64,000 nucleotides of DNA. It comes from an uncultured Desulfobacter sp. (GTDB taxonomy: Bacteria > Desulfobacterota > Desulfobacteria > Desulfobacterales > Desulfobacteraceae). The stretch covers positions 1,984,001 through 2,048,000 of the forward strand of contig OY762069.1 in NCBI GenBank assembly GCA_963665095.1, read 5' to 3'. The position numbers and the translations under genes were made by a program. Positions 8,632-18,699 of the stretch are shown piece after piece. The notes under the pieces were generated by a model. It saw nothing but the letters and a program-made list of their open reading frames with translations, did not search any database and was not told where the DNA came from. The number at the start of each line of letters is the position of its first letter. Positions within the stretch are counted from its first letter, which is position 1.

Positions 8632-10540
8632 TTTTTTCCAGGGTTTTATAGTCAAAGGGCATATATTCAGGGATAGACTGCTTTAGAATATTCCTTATGG
8701 CATCATGATCCCGGGCGATTGCCGCATCCTTTAAGCGGCAGACCTCTTTCTCAAGGGTGTCCCCCCTGACCGGCTGACTGTTGAGTACCATTATTTTTTT
8801 ATGATCTGTGGGCACAACATCTTCCTGTGCCGTCATCAGTTCTTCATAGAGTTTTTCGCCAGGTCTTAATCCTGTATATTCAACTTTTATATCCACATCA
8901 GGTTCAAACCCGGAAAATCGAATTAAATCCCTTGCCATGCGGTCAATGTTTACAGGCGCTCCCATCTCCAAAATAAAAATCTCTCCCCCCCGCCCCATGG
9001 CACCGGCCTGGAGAATCAACTGACACGCTTCGGGGATCAGCATAAAATAACGGATCATTTCAGGATGAGTGACAGTGACCGGGCCGCCTTCTTTTATCTG
9101 CCTTTTAAACAAAGGGACAACACTGCCTACGCTGCCAATGACATTGCCAAATCGAACAATAATAAACCTTGGCAGACCATTCTTAGCGCGATTTTCCTGT
9201 TGAACCAATAGCTCGGCAAAGCGCTTGCTGGCCCCCATGACATTGGTGGGGTTCACCGCTTTGTCCGTAGAGACAAAAACAAAGCGCTCGCACTGAAATA
9301 CCCGTGCCACATTGATCAAATTATGTGTTCCGGAAATATTATTCTCAACAGCCTTCCATGGATGGGCTTCAAGCATGGGGACATGTTTGTAGGCTGCTGC
9401 ATGGAAAATAATATGCGGCCGGTATTGGGTAAACACCCGTATTAATTCATCTGAATTCTGTATATCGCCAAGAACGGGAATGATATTAATCCCTGGAAAA
9501 CTTTTTTTTAATTCCAGATCAATTTCAAACAACGGACTTTCAGCCCTTTCAAAAAGGATCACCTCTTCAGGTTGGAACCGACAGATCTGGCGACACAATC
9601 CGGTGCCGATAGAACCGCCGGCCCCGGTTATCATGACTGTTTTCCGTCCCAGGTAGCTGCCAATACTGTCCTGATCGAGTTTAACAGGCTGACGCCCTAA
9701 AAGATCCCGGTACTCAACTTCCCGGATGGCACTGATACTGATTTTCCCGTCAATTAACTCCCCCATATCGGGGACGGTTTTAAACTCAACGTTTGCCTGG
9801 CGGCACAGGGAGACAATCTGCCGCATCCGCGGCGCACTGGCGTTGGGAATGGCAATGATTACCTCATCCACGGATTTTGAACGTATGGTATGCTCAAGAT
9901 TGTCAATACCGTTAAGTACCGATACTCCGTGGATTTTCCGACCAATTTTGCTCTTATCATCATCCAGAAAACCAATTACATGGGATTTTACGTATGGATT
10001 TTCCTTAAACTCCCGGCAAATTCTCTGTCCACAGTCGCCGGCACCTACAATAATCATACGCCGGCCGTCCTGTCCCAGTTTCTTGCTAAAAATCTTTTTC
10101 AAAGCAAACCCAATGGATTTCAAGCTGATATCTTCTGTAAACTCCTCAAAACATATACGGGTAAAAATTCTGACGCTGCTCAAACCCATTACCGTCAGCC
10201 CCCAGTCAATGAGAAAGACAGACCGGGATACCCGTTCGAACCTGGTAACATAAAGAATAGAGACTATTATCAGTGTTGTAGCAAGGCTTACGGCCTTTAC
10301 AATATCAAAAAGATCTTTCAGGCCAGTATACCGCCACATTCCCCGATAGATATCAAAAAAATAAAAACAAACAAACTTGAACCCGAGCACATACATTAAG
10401 GTTTCGGTAAACCGTTGCCCGGCCCATTGGGGAAGATCAAAATCAAAACGAATTAAATGGGCAAAATAATAACAGATCGTAAGAATCGCCAGATCAACGA
10501 ACAGGATTAAAATAGACGAACCTGACAGTCTAACTTTCAC
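8615..10540 (-). CDS. Membrane-bound UDP-GlcNAc 4,6-dehydratase (PglF/CapD/WbpM family)
   Basis: N-terminal TM helices, GAGGSIG, FHAAAYKHVP, STDKAVNPTNVMGASK, RFGNVIGSVGSVVP, GLRPGEKLYEEL. GTG start inferred at 10540. Confidence 0.92.
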   Translation of the reverse strand: MKVRLSGSSILILFVDLAILTICYYFAHLIRFDFDLPQWAGQRFTETLMYVLGFKFVCFYFFDIYRGMWRYTGLKDLFDIVKAVSLATTLIIVSILYVTRFERVSRSVFLIDWGLTVMGLSSVRIFTRICFEEFTEDISLKSIGFALKKIFSKKLGQDGRRMIIVGAGDCGQRICREFKENPYVKSHVIGFLDDDKSKIGRKIHGVSVLNGIDNLEHTIRSKSVDEVIIAIPNASAPRMRQIVSLCRQANVEFKTVPDMGELIDGKISISAIREVEYRDLLGRQPVKLDQDSIGSYLGRKTVMITGAGGSIGTGLCRQICRFQPEEVILFERAESPLFEIDLELKKSFPGINIIPVLGDIQNSDELIRVFTQYRPHIIFHAAAYKHVPMLEAHPWKAVENNISGTHNLINVARVFQCERFVFVSTDKAVNPTNVMGASKRFAELLVQQENRAKNGLPRFIIVRFGNVIGSVGSVVPLFKRQIKEGGPVTVTHPEMIRYFMLIPEACQLILQAGAMGRGGEIFILEMGAPVNIDRMARDLIRFSGFEPDVDIKVEYTGLRPGEKLYEELMTAQEDVVPTDHKKIMVLNSQPVRGDTLEKEVCRLKDAAIARDHDAIRNILKQSIPEYMPFDYKTLEKNEKAV

Positions 10541-10541
10541 T

Positions 10542-11513
10542 TTAGGCAGCCTTTCTACGCACAATCCAGGAAATCCCCAGAAAAGCGAAGATATAAACCA
10601 TGTAAACTAACAAAACAGCAACAATTCCTTTAGACTTTAACATGATAACAGATACGGCCACAATGAATTGAAAAATCCCGTAAGCCAGAGCGATAAACCA
10701 GTGTGGCTGGCCCAACTCATTGACAAGCAACTGATAAATATGCCTGCGGTGGGCAATAACCAAAGACTGCCTGTCCTTAATACGGATCACCATTGTTGAA
10801 ATTTCATCAAGATAAAACGGGAATAAAAATCCAGCCATGATGATAAAATCAATGGGATCTTGGGCTAAAAAAATTGTTAAACAAGCAAAAATAAAGCCGA
10901 TTAGAATACTGCCAACATCCCCTAAAAAAACTTTGGCACGTGGGAAATTAAAACAAAGAAATCCAAGACAGGCCGCTGTCATACAAAGACAAAATACAAT
11001 ATGGACCGAGTCAGCACCAACACGGCTGCCATACCACGCAAGTAAAGAAAATGCGACCCCTCCTGTTATTCCGGCAATACCGTCAATACCGTCCATGAAA
11101 TTATAAAAATTGGCAGTGCCGACAATAAATACCGCCAAAGGTAGAAATAAAAGTTGAAACGTCACCCCGGCCCTGATGGGCTCCATAAAAAACCATAAAA
11201 AATACAAACTGCAGCCAAAATGGATCACCAGGCGCTGCTTTACTGAGAGCTTATATTTGTCCCCCCCCCACAGGCTTGCCACAGATATCACCAGGGCGGG
11301 TACCCAGATAAAGTGCTCAACGTCCAGTAACCAGGCAGAAAGCATAAGGGCAAACAAGGTACCGATGCCGCCACCTTTGCAAACTTCGTTGTTATGGGAA
11401 CTCCTTTCATTTGGAAGATCTGTCATGCCAATCAATCTACCAAACCGAGAAAGCCCCCACGCGCCAGCAAAGCCTGAGGAAAAACTGATAAGAAATAATT
11501 CCATCTCGTTCAT
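10542..11513 (-). CDS. Polytopic undecaprenyl-phosphate sugar-1-P transferase (MraY/WecA/WbpL family)
   Basis: DLPNERSSH, NFYNFMDGIDG, FLGDVGS, AHRRHIYQ; many TM segments. Confidence 0.9.
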   Translation of the reverse strand: MNEMELFLISFSSGFAGAWGLSRFGRLIGMTDLPNERSSHNNEVCKGGGIGTLFALMLSAWLLDVEHFIWVPALVISVASLWGGDKYKLSVKQRLVIHFGCSLYFLWFFMEPIRAGVTFQLLFLPLAVFIVGTANFYNFMDGIDGIAGITGGVAFSLLAWYGSRVGADSVHIVFCLCMTAACLGFLCFNFPRAKVFLGDVGSILIGFIFACLTIFLAQDPIDFIIMAGFLFPFYLDEISTMVIRIKDRQSLVIAHRRHIYQLLVNELGQPHWFIALAYGIFQFIVAVSVIMLKSKGIVAVLLVYMVYIFAFLGISWIVRRKAA

Positions 11514-12499
11514 CTTTGTCTCGTATTAAAAACTGATTCCAGTGAATGTACTGGTTTAAAGCCGGTCTCTAACATGCGCTGATTATTAACCACTATATCC
11601 TTAGAAAGTTTAAGGTAACAGGAGTGAATCCAAGCTTTTCTCTCAGGATAAATATATCCGAGGATATCCGCTGTAAGTTTCACGACATTTATCGGAATTG
11701 TCAACACCCGTTTCCGTCTCCCCATTTCCCTGGCATTCATAATCTCAATCAGCTTACCAAATGAAGAAGCGTCTAAATCAGAAACATTGATGACATTACA
11801 ACCACTATTCAGGCCATCAGATTTTATACGGAATCTAATGAAATCCAGCAGATTTCTTCGGGAAAGTATAGACAGCCTCTGTCTGCCGGAACCATAACGC
11901 ACATAAAACAGTTTTCCAGGGCCACAGATCCGCTTTTCCAAATTGAGTTTCCAGGTTGCACTGTAAACCGGTGCCAATCTAAGGATATCCAGCTTTCTAA
12001 TACAGCCGGATTCAAATACAGCGCTAAGCCCAAGTTCAGCGCTAAGTTTACTTTCAGCATACGCCCCATCAGGATGGCACGCCATGTTTTCATCAAAAAC
12101 TGTCCCTCCATGCTCGCCATACACGTTCATTGAGGAGAGAAAAATAAAAAACAGATTCGGATTGACGCTTCCTGCAATCTTAGCAAGTTCAACCGCAGCT
12201 TGATGGTTCACCTGGTCATATAAAAGATCAGAGCAAGGACAAAATGCCTTTTGATGGGCAATGCCGGCACAATGAATAATCACATCCGGCTGTTTGTCAT
12301 TTAGGAGCTGTTTGAGCTTCTCTGTATCCAAAATGTCAGCCTTTATGTATTCATAAGTATTACGTTTCCTTGTCTTATGGCTATCCGAACGGCCCATCCC
12401 GATGACGGTATATCCCTGACAGCTTAGCCTTTCAGCAAGAGGACTGCCAAGGATCCCTGTCACACCTGTTATAAGAACGGTTTGCATGGATGTGGTCAT
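11510..12499 (-). CDS. NAD-dependent epimerase/dehydratase (extended SDR)
   Basis: TGVTGILG Rossmann motif, HCAGIAH, FLSS, YAESK. Confidence 0.88.
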   Translation of the reverse strand: MTTSMQTVLITGVTGILGSPLAERLSCQGYTVIGMGRSDSHKTRKRNTYEYIKADILDTEKLKQLLNDKQPDVIIHCAGIAHQKAFCPCSDLLYDQVNHQAAVELAKIAGSVNPNLFFIFLSSMNVYGEHGGTVFDENMACHPDGAYAESKLSAELGLSAVFESGCIRKLDILRLAPVYSATWKLNLEKRICGPGKLFYVRYGSGRQRLSILSRRNLLDFIRFRIKSDGLNSGCNVINVSDLDASSFGKLIEIMNAREMGRRKRVLTIPINVVKLTADILGYIYPERKAWIHSCYLKLSKDIVVNNQRMLETGFKPVHSLESVFNTRQR

Positions 12500-12789
12500 A
12501 TTCCTTTAGTTTGATTTTTAAGAAACTGCGAGCTGAGAAAAGAGGGCACCTTAAATCCGGATGGCCTGTTTTGATACCGATATGCTGTTTTTTGCGGCTT
12601 GTTTTCAAACCGCGTCGTCCATATCTGTCCGTTTTGAACAAAGCGTGATGCGAAGTGGTTCACCGTACCCAAACGGCCCATAGTGAACTGCATCATTTTC
12701 TCCGGGTTAAGTTTGGTTCATTTTTAATTTAAAAAGGTGTAGCAGTTTACATCTGATCTCATCATCAACAGATCCGCTCATGAAGTGAA

Positions 12790-12818
12790 CTTATATGTAA
12801 TATTAGAGGGATGGTCAA
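12790..12818 (-). promoter_or_regulatory. Putative sigma70 promoter of the glycan operon
   Basis: Minus strand TTGACC-17 nt-TATAAG. Confidence 0.4.
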
Positions 12819-12831
12819 GATCATAAAGAAA

Positions 12832-12876
12832 ATTCATCTCATGCCCGCTTATGCAAGCAGATGGTATGAGATGAAT
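12832..12876 (-). terminator. Probable intrinsic terminator after the OmpA-family gene
   Basis: ATTCATCTCATGCC / GGTATGAGATGAAT inverted repeat, followed on the minus strand by TTTCTTT. Confidence 0.55.
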
Positions 12877-12890
12877 GAAGTTATTGAAAT

Positions 12891-13820
12891 CTAACTGCTG
12901 AACACAATTGTTAATTGAACACGCCGCTGGAATATTTTTTTGGATGAGGGGGTTTTAGCAGCAAACTGATACTCTCCAGTGGTTCCTATTTTGAAAATAT
13001 CTGGTTTCAGGCCGTTTTTAACCATTTCATGAACTACATTGGCAGCCCGGGACGCACCTAACTCAAAATTAGAGGGATACTTTTGGGTGTGGATAGGATC
13101 TGAATCGGCAAATCCGTTAACAAATATTTTGATGTCATACGGTTTAAGAAATTGTGACAACTTTTTTAAAAACAGTTTATATTCACCAGCCAAAGCCGCG
13201 CTCCCGGATGAAAAAAGAATGGGCAGGGTATTATTAATTTTTGCACATCCACCATCTCCCCCCAAAGCCTCCACCCAATCCTCCAGGTCCGCCTTTTTAA
13301 TTGCCCGTTCAATATCTGACAGCTTTGCCTGGACAATGGATTTGTTAGGTTCCTTTATTCCACTCTTTCCTTTTGCCGCGTCTGACACCCGAATGTCCGT
13401 ATGTGTATCCGTTCCTTTTCTTATGTCATATGCTTTCTGATATATTGCAAGCGCTTTCTCCAACCGCTTTTTCCGATTTTCAAGCAGGAAAATTTTTTCT
13501 TTTTTTTGTCGAACCGAATCTGTGAGCAGATATGACACATTCCGGCCAGAATCAGATATATGGCTGATTTTTAAAACCAGCCAGTCTAAATTTTTCTGAG
13601 TATCATGGATCTGCTGATTAATCACTCTTACCTGGCTTTTGCATTCCCCAACCAACACTTTCAACTCTGTCAGGGAATATTTATCTGTATCCACTGTGTT
13701 TACATTATAGGCTCCCTTGGCAATACCAATATGATATATAAGGGCCATACATGAAACTATCAGAATAAATATTACTTTTATCCTGAATGCAGAAACCAGT
13801 GGTAAACTTGAATTCTCCAT
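12891..13820 (-). CDS. OmpA/MotB-family peptidoglycan-binding protein with N-terminal TM helix and coiled coil
   Basis: C-terminal ILFSSGSA...NGFADSDPIHTQKYPSNFELGASRAANV...RRVQL. Confidence 0.85.
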   Translation of the reverse strand: MENSSLPLVSAFRIKVIFILIVSCMALIYHIGIAKGAYNVNTVDTDKYSLTELKVLVGECKSQVRVINQQIHDTQKNLDWLVLKISHISDSGRNVSYLLTDSVRQKKEKIFLLENRKKRLEKALAIYQKAYDIRKGTDTHTDIRVSDAAKGKSGIKEPNKSIVQAKLSDIERAIKKADLEDWVEALGGDGGCAKINNTLPILFSSGSAALAGEYKLFLKKLSQFLKPYDIKIFVNGFADSDPIHTQKYPSNFELGASRAANVVHEMVKNGLKPDIFKIGTTGEYQFAAKTPSSKKIFQRRVQLTIVFSS

Positions 13821-13852
13821 GTTTTCCTCTGTATATTATACATTTAAAAAAC

Positions 13853-14353
13853 TTAGAAACCTGCAGCCAGAGATTCTGGTTCGACATTCTCCCCTAAGCC
13901 CACAGGCCACCAGAGCATACCATCTTCAGAGAAATTAATCCGCAGTCTTAAACGGGCCTGGGTAATGCCATAATCCCCCCGGGTGATTTCCATCACCTCA
14001 GTACCACGCAACCACGACTGGGCATGTACTTGAATGGCCTCATGATCAACCGTGCCCCGACCAGCTTTCATGAATGCATCAACATAAACACCGCTGATCT
14101 TTTCAACCAGTTGCCGGTACCCGTCTGCCACGGCAGCCCGCTCCGCCATAAGCGCGGCTTCTCCCTTTGTCAGCGCGCTTTCCGGCTCCAGCCCCTTACC
14201 GGTGACATAAAAAGAGATCACTTTATGGTTATCTTGGCTTCCCCCTGCTGAATTCAAGACGCCACCAGGGGCACTTGAAACGGAATGATTGCTGCAACCA
14301 CAAAGGAACAAGACCAAAATCCCTGTTGATAAGACCATTAATTTTTTCATCAT
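13853..14353 (-). CDS. LPP20-family (FlgP-like) lipoprotein
   Basis: Signal MMKKLMVLSTGILVLFLCGC with lipobox; VTGKG...LMAERAAVADGYRQLVEKISGVYVD. AGGAG RBS before 14353. Confidence 0.8.
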   Translation of the reverse strand: MMKKLMVLSTGILVLFLCGCSNHSVSSAPGGVLNSAGGSQDNHKVISFYVTGKGLEPESALTKGEAALMAERAAVADGYRQLVEKISGVYVDAFMKAGRGTVDHEAIQVHAQSWLRGTEVMEITRGDYGITQARLRLRINFSEDGMLWWPVGLGENVEPESLAAGF

Positions 14354-14558
14354 ACCTTTCTCCTGTTTGCTGTCGGCCAAGACATGAAATATCCTGCCCT
14401 GCCATTGATTCCCATCTTGGATTCATGATAAAAACGAATCGTCATCCACGGCTTTTAACTTTAGAAATTATGAAACGGCAACAGCATCCCTTAAGTACAA
14501 TAATACCGATTATTCACAATAAAACCGCCCATTCTGGATAAGTAAGTATACAATATTC

Positions 14559-15104
14559 ATGCCTTATTTCATTAAAAAAAAATACCCGGTAGTTACGGTA
14601 GTCGCGCTTATTTTTCTAATATTTGTGAAAAGCCTTTCAGCAGAGACAGTTGAAGGAATCACGACTTATTATATCAGGTTTGATCTTAAAAGCTCGCGCA
14701 ACAGGATCAGTGACAGCAGACTGACAATGATTCCGGCACAAAAAGATTTCAGGGCGGCAAATTTTTCTTATGTTCCTGTCTCAGGCTTTATCCAGGCCCT
14801 GCCTCAGGATAATACCCATACACTGGAAAACAGAGCGAAAAAAAATGCATTTATTCAATTGCTGGAGAAAAAAGGATTAAAATCCATCAACACACGGGAT
14901 AGTGACACCATCATCAGCTATGAAGGGTGCGTTCAGATACCTGTAGCCCTCCATATTTTCCCATACAATGATGAACAGCACGGATATCCTTATAATGCGA
15001 GGGTATTATTCTCTCCCATAAGCTTTCCGGACCAATGGGAACCCCTGTATCGCAAATTTAAATATAACGAAATTCTTGATAATTTCTTTCTTTTTTTTAA
15101 ATAG
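14559..15104 (+). CDS. Hypothetical exported protein
   Basis: 181-aa ORF with an N-terminal hydrophobic signal ending SLSA; 12 bp upstream of dacB. Confidence 0.7.
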   Translation: MPYFIKKKYPVVTVVALIFLIFVKSLSAETVEGITTYYIRFDLKSSRNRISDSRLTMIPAQKDFRAANFSYVPVSGFIQALPQDNTHTLENRAKKNAFIQLLEKKGLKSINTRDSDTIISYEGCVQIPVALHIFPYNDEQHGYPYNARVLFSPISFPDQWEPLYRKFKYNEILDNFFLFFK

Positions 15105-15116
15105 AACCTTTTTGCC

Positions 15117-16328
15117 ATGAAAACAAAATTACGATTATATGCCTGCAGGATTATTCTAACCGTTATTCTGACTATTTTACCCTATCAGTTCACATTTGCG
15201 CATTCTGCAGGCATTATCCTGTCGGATAATCAGGGACACACCCTTTACGCAAAAAATCAGGACAAGTATTATATTCCCGCATCAACGCTGAAAATACTTA
15301 CCAGTCTGGCTGCTATTAAAAATCTGAATAAAAATTTTCATTTTTCCACATGGGCCTGTTTTGATGAAACAACAAAAAACATTTATATAAAAGGATTTGG
15401 CGATCCTGTGTTTACATCGGAAGAGATTAATCGGTGTGCCCGCCAGATTGCAGAACAATTTTTTACAGGTAAAACTGAGTCTTTGTCCGGCACCGTGAAC
15501 AATATTGTTGTGGACCAGACTTATTTTGACAGCAGAATTAAGATTCCAGGGGCCGGCTCCTCGGCTAATCCCTATGACGCCACGAATGGTGCATTATGTG
15601 CCAATTTTAACACAATTTTTCTAAAATGGAAGAATAACCAGTATGTCTCCGCAGAAGCCCAGACACCTTTTCCAGAAATTATAGCCCGACAACTTAAACC
15701 TGGCACCAAGCAAACGGACAGAATTCTTTTGTCCTATGATATGCGCCGTCGCTATGCCGGCCTGCTTCTCCAGGAGTTTTTGAAAGAAATGGGCGTAAAG
15801 ATAAACGGGACTGTGCAGGAAGGGATGTTTAACACGGCCCTTAAAAACCGGATTGAGTATACTTCAACGCTTAATCTGACAGATATTATTAGAAAACTAT
15901 TAAGGTACTCTAACAATTTCATGGCAAACCAGATCATGCTCACCATGGGCGCCAGGTCTTATGGCCCACCGGCCACACTTGATAAAGGGGTAGCTATACT
16001 AAACCGATTTGCCCGGGCACAGCTTGGTTTAAGGGATTTCGCTATTGTTGAAGGCTCAGGGCTTTCCCGTCAAAACAAACTGACACCGCTTCAGATGCGG
16101 GATATCCTTCTATCCTTTATGCCCTTCTACAAACTGATGAGAAGAGATGGAAACGAATTCTACAAAACTGGCACCCTGTCGGATGTTAAAACCCGGGCCG
16201 GCTACATTAAAGGAAAAAATAACCAGCTTTATCCTTTTGTCATCATGCTCAACCAGACCGAAGGAAACAACTATGAAGCCATCAGGCGGTTCTTACACGA
16301 AAAAGTGACAAAATCCGGGAATCCTTAA
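15117..16328 (+). CDS. dacB: D-alanyl-D-alanine carboxypeptidase/endopeptidase (PBP4, peptidase S13)
   Basis: SxxK (PASTLK), KGFGDP, SxN (YSNN), EGSGLSR, KTGT. Confidence 0.9.
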   Translation: MKTKLRLYACRIILTVILTILPYQFTFAHSAGIILSDNQGHTLYAKNQDKYYIPASTLKILTSLAAIKNLNKNFHFSTWACFDETTKNIYIKGFGDPVFTSEEINRCARQIAEQFFTGKTESLSGTVNNIVVDQTYFDSRIKIPGAGSSANPYDATNGALCANFNTIFLKWKNNQYVSAEAQTPFPEIIARQLKPGTKQTDRILLSYDMRRRYAGLLLQEFLKEMGVKINGTVQEGMFNTALKNRIEYTSTLNLTDIIRKLLRYSNNFMANQIMLTMGARSYGPPATLDKGVAILNRFARAQLGLRDFAIVEGSGLSRQNKLTPLQMRDILLSFMPFYKLMRRDGNEFYKTGTLSDVKTRAGYIKGKNNQLYPFVIMLNQTEGNNYEAIRRFLHEKVTKSGNP

Positions 16329-17101
16329 GACCTCTGGTGTTCAATATATGCATATGCGCTGTGGTTATGAATGGACTCAAAGTTTTCAGCACTTACTGAA
16401 AACCAGGTAATATTTGGATCTTCAATAAGCTCCTTGGCTACGTCCCTGGCTATATCTTCAACAAATTTCGGATTGTTATAGGCTTTTTCCGTGACAAATT
16501 TTTCATCCGCCCGTTTGAGTACAGAAAAAATATCACAGGAGGCAGCCTGTTCAACCAGATTGACAATATCCTCAATCCAAATGAACTTATGGAACCTTGT
16601 TGAAACAAGAACTTCTCCCCGCTGATTGTGAGCCCCGTAATCTGAAATTTCTTTGGAGCAGGGACAGACCGATGTGACAGGGACAGCCACCTTGAGCACC
16701 ATGTCCGCTCTTTTTTCACAATTTGATGAGCCGATAATCGTGCAATTATAGTCCATAAGGCCTTTGGACTGGGTGCTGGGAGATGTTTTTTCAATGAAAT
16801 AAGGGAAGGCTATTTCAATGTGTGCGGACTTCGCCCCGAGCGTTGCTTTCATATCTTCCAGAATGCTGGTTAATGATTCCAGGGATACCTGAGTCCGAAA
16901 TACATGCAAAAGTTCCACAAAACGGCTCATATGGGTTCCCTTGCACTGATGGGGCAGATCCACATACATATTTATTTCAGCCACTGTGGACTGTGATCTG
17001 CGGATTTTATCCCGGACTGTAATCGGGTATTTCAGTCCTTTAATACCGACCTTATCTATGGAAATATTCCGAAAATCCGGTTGATTCTGTATATCAATCA
17101 T
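16325..17101 (-). CDS. folE2: GTP cyclohydrolase IB
   Basis: KGTHMSRF, VTSVCPCSKEIS, GAHNQR, KFVED, ESIHNHSAYA. Confidence 0.96.
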   Translation of the reverse strand: MIDIQNQPDFRNISIDKVGIKGLKYPITVRDKIRRSQSTVAEINMYVDLPHQCKGTHMSRFVELLHVFRTQVSLESLTSILEDMKATLGAKSAHIEIAFPYFIEKTSPSTQSKGLMDYNCTIIGSSNCEKRADMVLKVAVPVTSVCPCSKEISDYGAHNQRGEVLVSTRFHKFIWIEDIVNLVEQAASCDIFSVLKRADEKFVTEKAYNNPKFVEDIARDVAKELIEDPNITWFSVSAENFESIHNHSAYAYIEHQRS

Positions 17102-17844
17102 GATGGCGTCTTTAAAAGATAATCAGCGGCAATGTTTCCCATGGCCCTGAATATATTCCCTTTAATATGTTTATTCTGCCGGTACATCCTTTCAAGCATA
17201 TCTGCAACATCCTGCCTTCTGGTTCGACCTGCGCTCGGGCACGGATTAATAAATTCCGGCAGCTCAAAAATTTCCGACAACCGTTCTATCTCATTTTTTT
17301 CAACATAGGACAAGGGTCTTATGACATTCAGACGGCCTTTAAAAAAAGACTGATTGGGTTTCATTGTGCCGATCTTTCCGGCATAAAAAATATTTATGAA
17401 CAATGTCTCTATCAGATCATCTTTATTGTGGCCCAACGCCACTTTTCTGCAGTTGTTCTCCTTTGCCAGTTCAAACAGGCGCTTACGCCTGAGCCGGCTG
17501 CACAAAAAACAGGGATTCTCTCTGTTTTCAGCAGTATGGGCCAGCAAACCGTAATCGGTCTTTTCAACCACCAGTCCCTGATGAGCCTCCTTATACCTGC
17601 CATTGATATAATAATCCAGCTCTTTGACAAAAGAGTTGTCAAATCCCGGATCAATATGAGCAGGAATAAGATCAAATGCGACAGGCGCTTTTTTTTTAAG
17701 GGAGACAAGCAGGTGAAAAAGGGCCAGACTGTCTAAACCTCCGGAAATACCCACCAGTATCCGGTCGCCGTTCTCTATCATCTGCCATTCGCCGACGGCT
17801 TTGCCAAGCAGATGGGCCAGGCGTTTTGTCAGCCCTTTACCCAA
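17098..17844 (-). CDS. ttcA: tRNA 2-thiocytidine(32) biosynthesis protein TtcA family
   Basis: PP-loop SGGLDS, CFLCSRLRR, LGHNKDDLIET, IRPL. Confidence 0.85.
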   Translation of the reverse strand: MGKGLTKRLAHLLGKAVGEWQMIENGDRILVGISGGLDSLALFHLLVSLKKKAPVAFDLIPAHIDPGFDNSFVKELDYYINGRYKEAHQGLVVEKTDYGLLAHTAENRENPCFLCSRLRRKRLFELAKENNCRKVALGHNKDDLIETLFINIFYAGKIGTMKPNQSFFKGRLNVIRPLSYVEKNEIERLSEIFELPEFINPCPSAGRTRRQDVADMLERMYRQNKHIKGNIFRAMGNIAADYLLKTPS

Positions 17845-17851
17845 ATTTAAG

Positions 17852-18061
17852 CTATTCGTCTTCTAATTTGGAATCTTTTTTAACAACGATCCGATTAGCG
17901 GCAATTTCCCGCAGAACAGTAACAACATCTTCATTCTTGGATGGCGGGACAAGAAAATCAGCCCCCTCTCTAACCTGACGGACCCGTTGTGCTGCCAGGT
18001 GTACAAGAGTAAACCGGTTATCTACGTTCTTCAAACAATCTTCAATGGTTACACGAGCCAA
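17852..18061 (-). CDS. rpoZ: RNA polymerase omega subunit
   Basis: MARVTIEDCL..VDNRFTLVHLAAQRVRQ...LREIA. Confidence 0.96.
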   Translation of the reverse strand: MARVTIEDCLKNVDNRFTLVHLAAQRVRQVREGADFLVPPSKNEDVVTVLREIAANRIVVKKDSKLEDE

Positions 18062-18098
18062 AATAATTTCCTTTCCATATAACGGTTATGGACCGTTT

Positions 18099-18127
18099 AA
18101 AAAAGCCCGCTACATAGCGGCCTTTTT
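18099..18127 (-). terminator. Terminator-like hairpin after greA
   Basis: CCGCTA/TAGCGG stem flanked by A and T tracts. Confidence 0.55.
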
Positions 18128-18162
18128 CATGGGCTGTATTATGTATATACAAGATCTTAAAA

Positions 18163-18630
18163 TTAAAGAATATCTAAAATCTCATAAATACGTTTTCCAC
18201 CCGGGGCCTGAATTATGGCTTCATCCCCAGGTACTTTCCCGATCAGAGCTGCTCCCAGTGGAGAGGTCACTGAAATCTTTCCTTTTTTAATATCTGCTTC
18301 ATCCTCACCAACAATCATGTATTCCAGCTTATCTTCGGAATCCAAATTTTCCACAAGAACGCGACTGGCAAAACGGACTACGTCTTTAGGTACGGATTTT
18401 GGATCAATCACTTTAGCGTTCCCGATCTTATATGAAAGCTCCCCGATTCGTCCCTCAATAAAAGACTGACGCTCTTTCGCAGCATGGTACTCGGCATTCT
18501 CAGACAGATCACCATGAGCCCGGGCCACTTCAATAGCTTTTATAATATCAGGACGGTCCACGGTTTTTAATTTTTCCAGTTCTTTTTTCAAGGAGGCAAA
18601 GCCTTCTTTTGTTACAGGTATCTGATCCAA
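18163..18630 (-). CDS. greA: Transcription elongation factor GreA
   Basis: ARAHGDLSENAEYHAAKE, ISVTSPLGAALIGK. Confidence 0.97.
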   Translation of the reverse strand: MDQIPVTKEGFASLKKELEKLKTVDRPDIIKAIEVARAHGDLSENAEYHAAKERQSFIEGRIGELSYKIGNAKVIDPKSVPKDVVRFASRVLVENLDSEDKLEYMIVGEDEADIKKGKISVTSPLGAALIGKVPGDEAIIQAPGGKRIYEILDIL

Positions 18631-18699
18631 AATTTAAAATTTACTCCATTTAGTTTACAAATTTTATCGACATAAAACGCTTGGTTATATGCAAACAAA

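Noticed and set aside
12496..12696. 66-aa ORF overlapping the epimerase start
   Set aside because: No recognisable motif and weak RBS; it may be 5' leader. No ops/JUMPstart (GGCGGTAG) element was seen.
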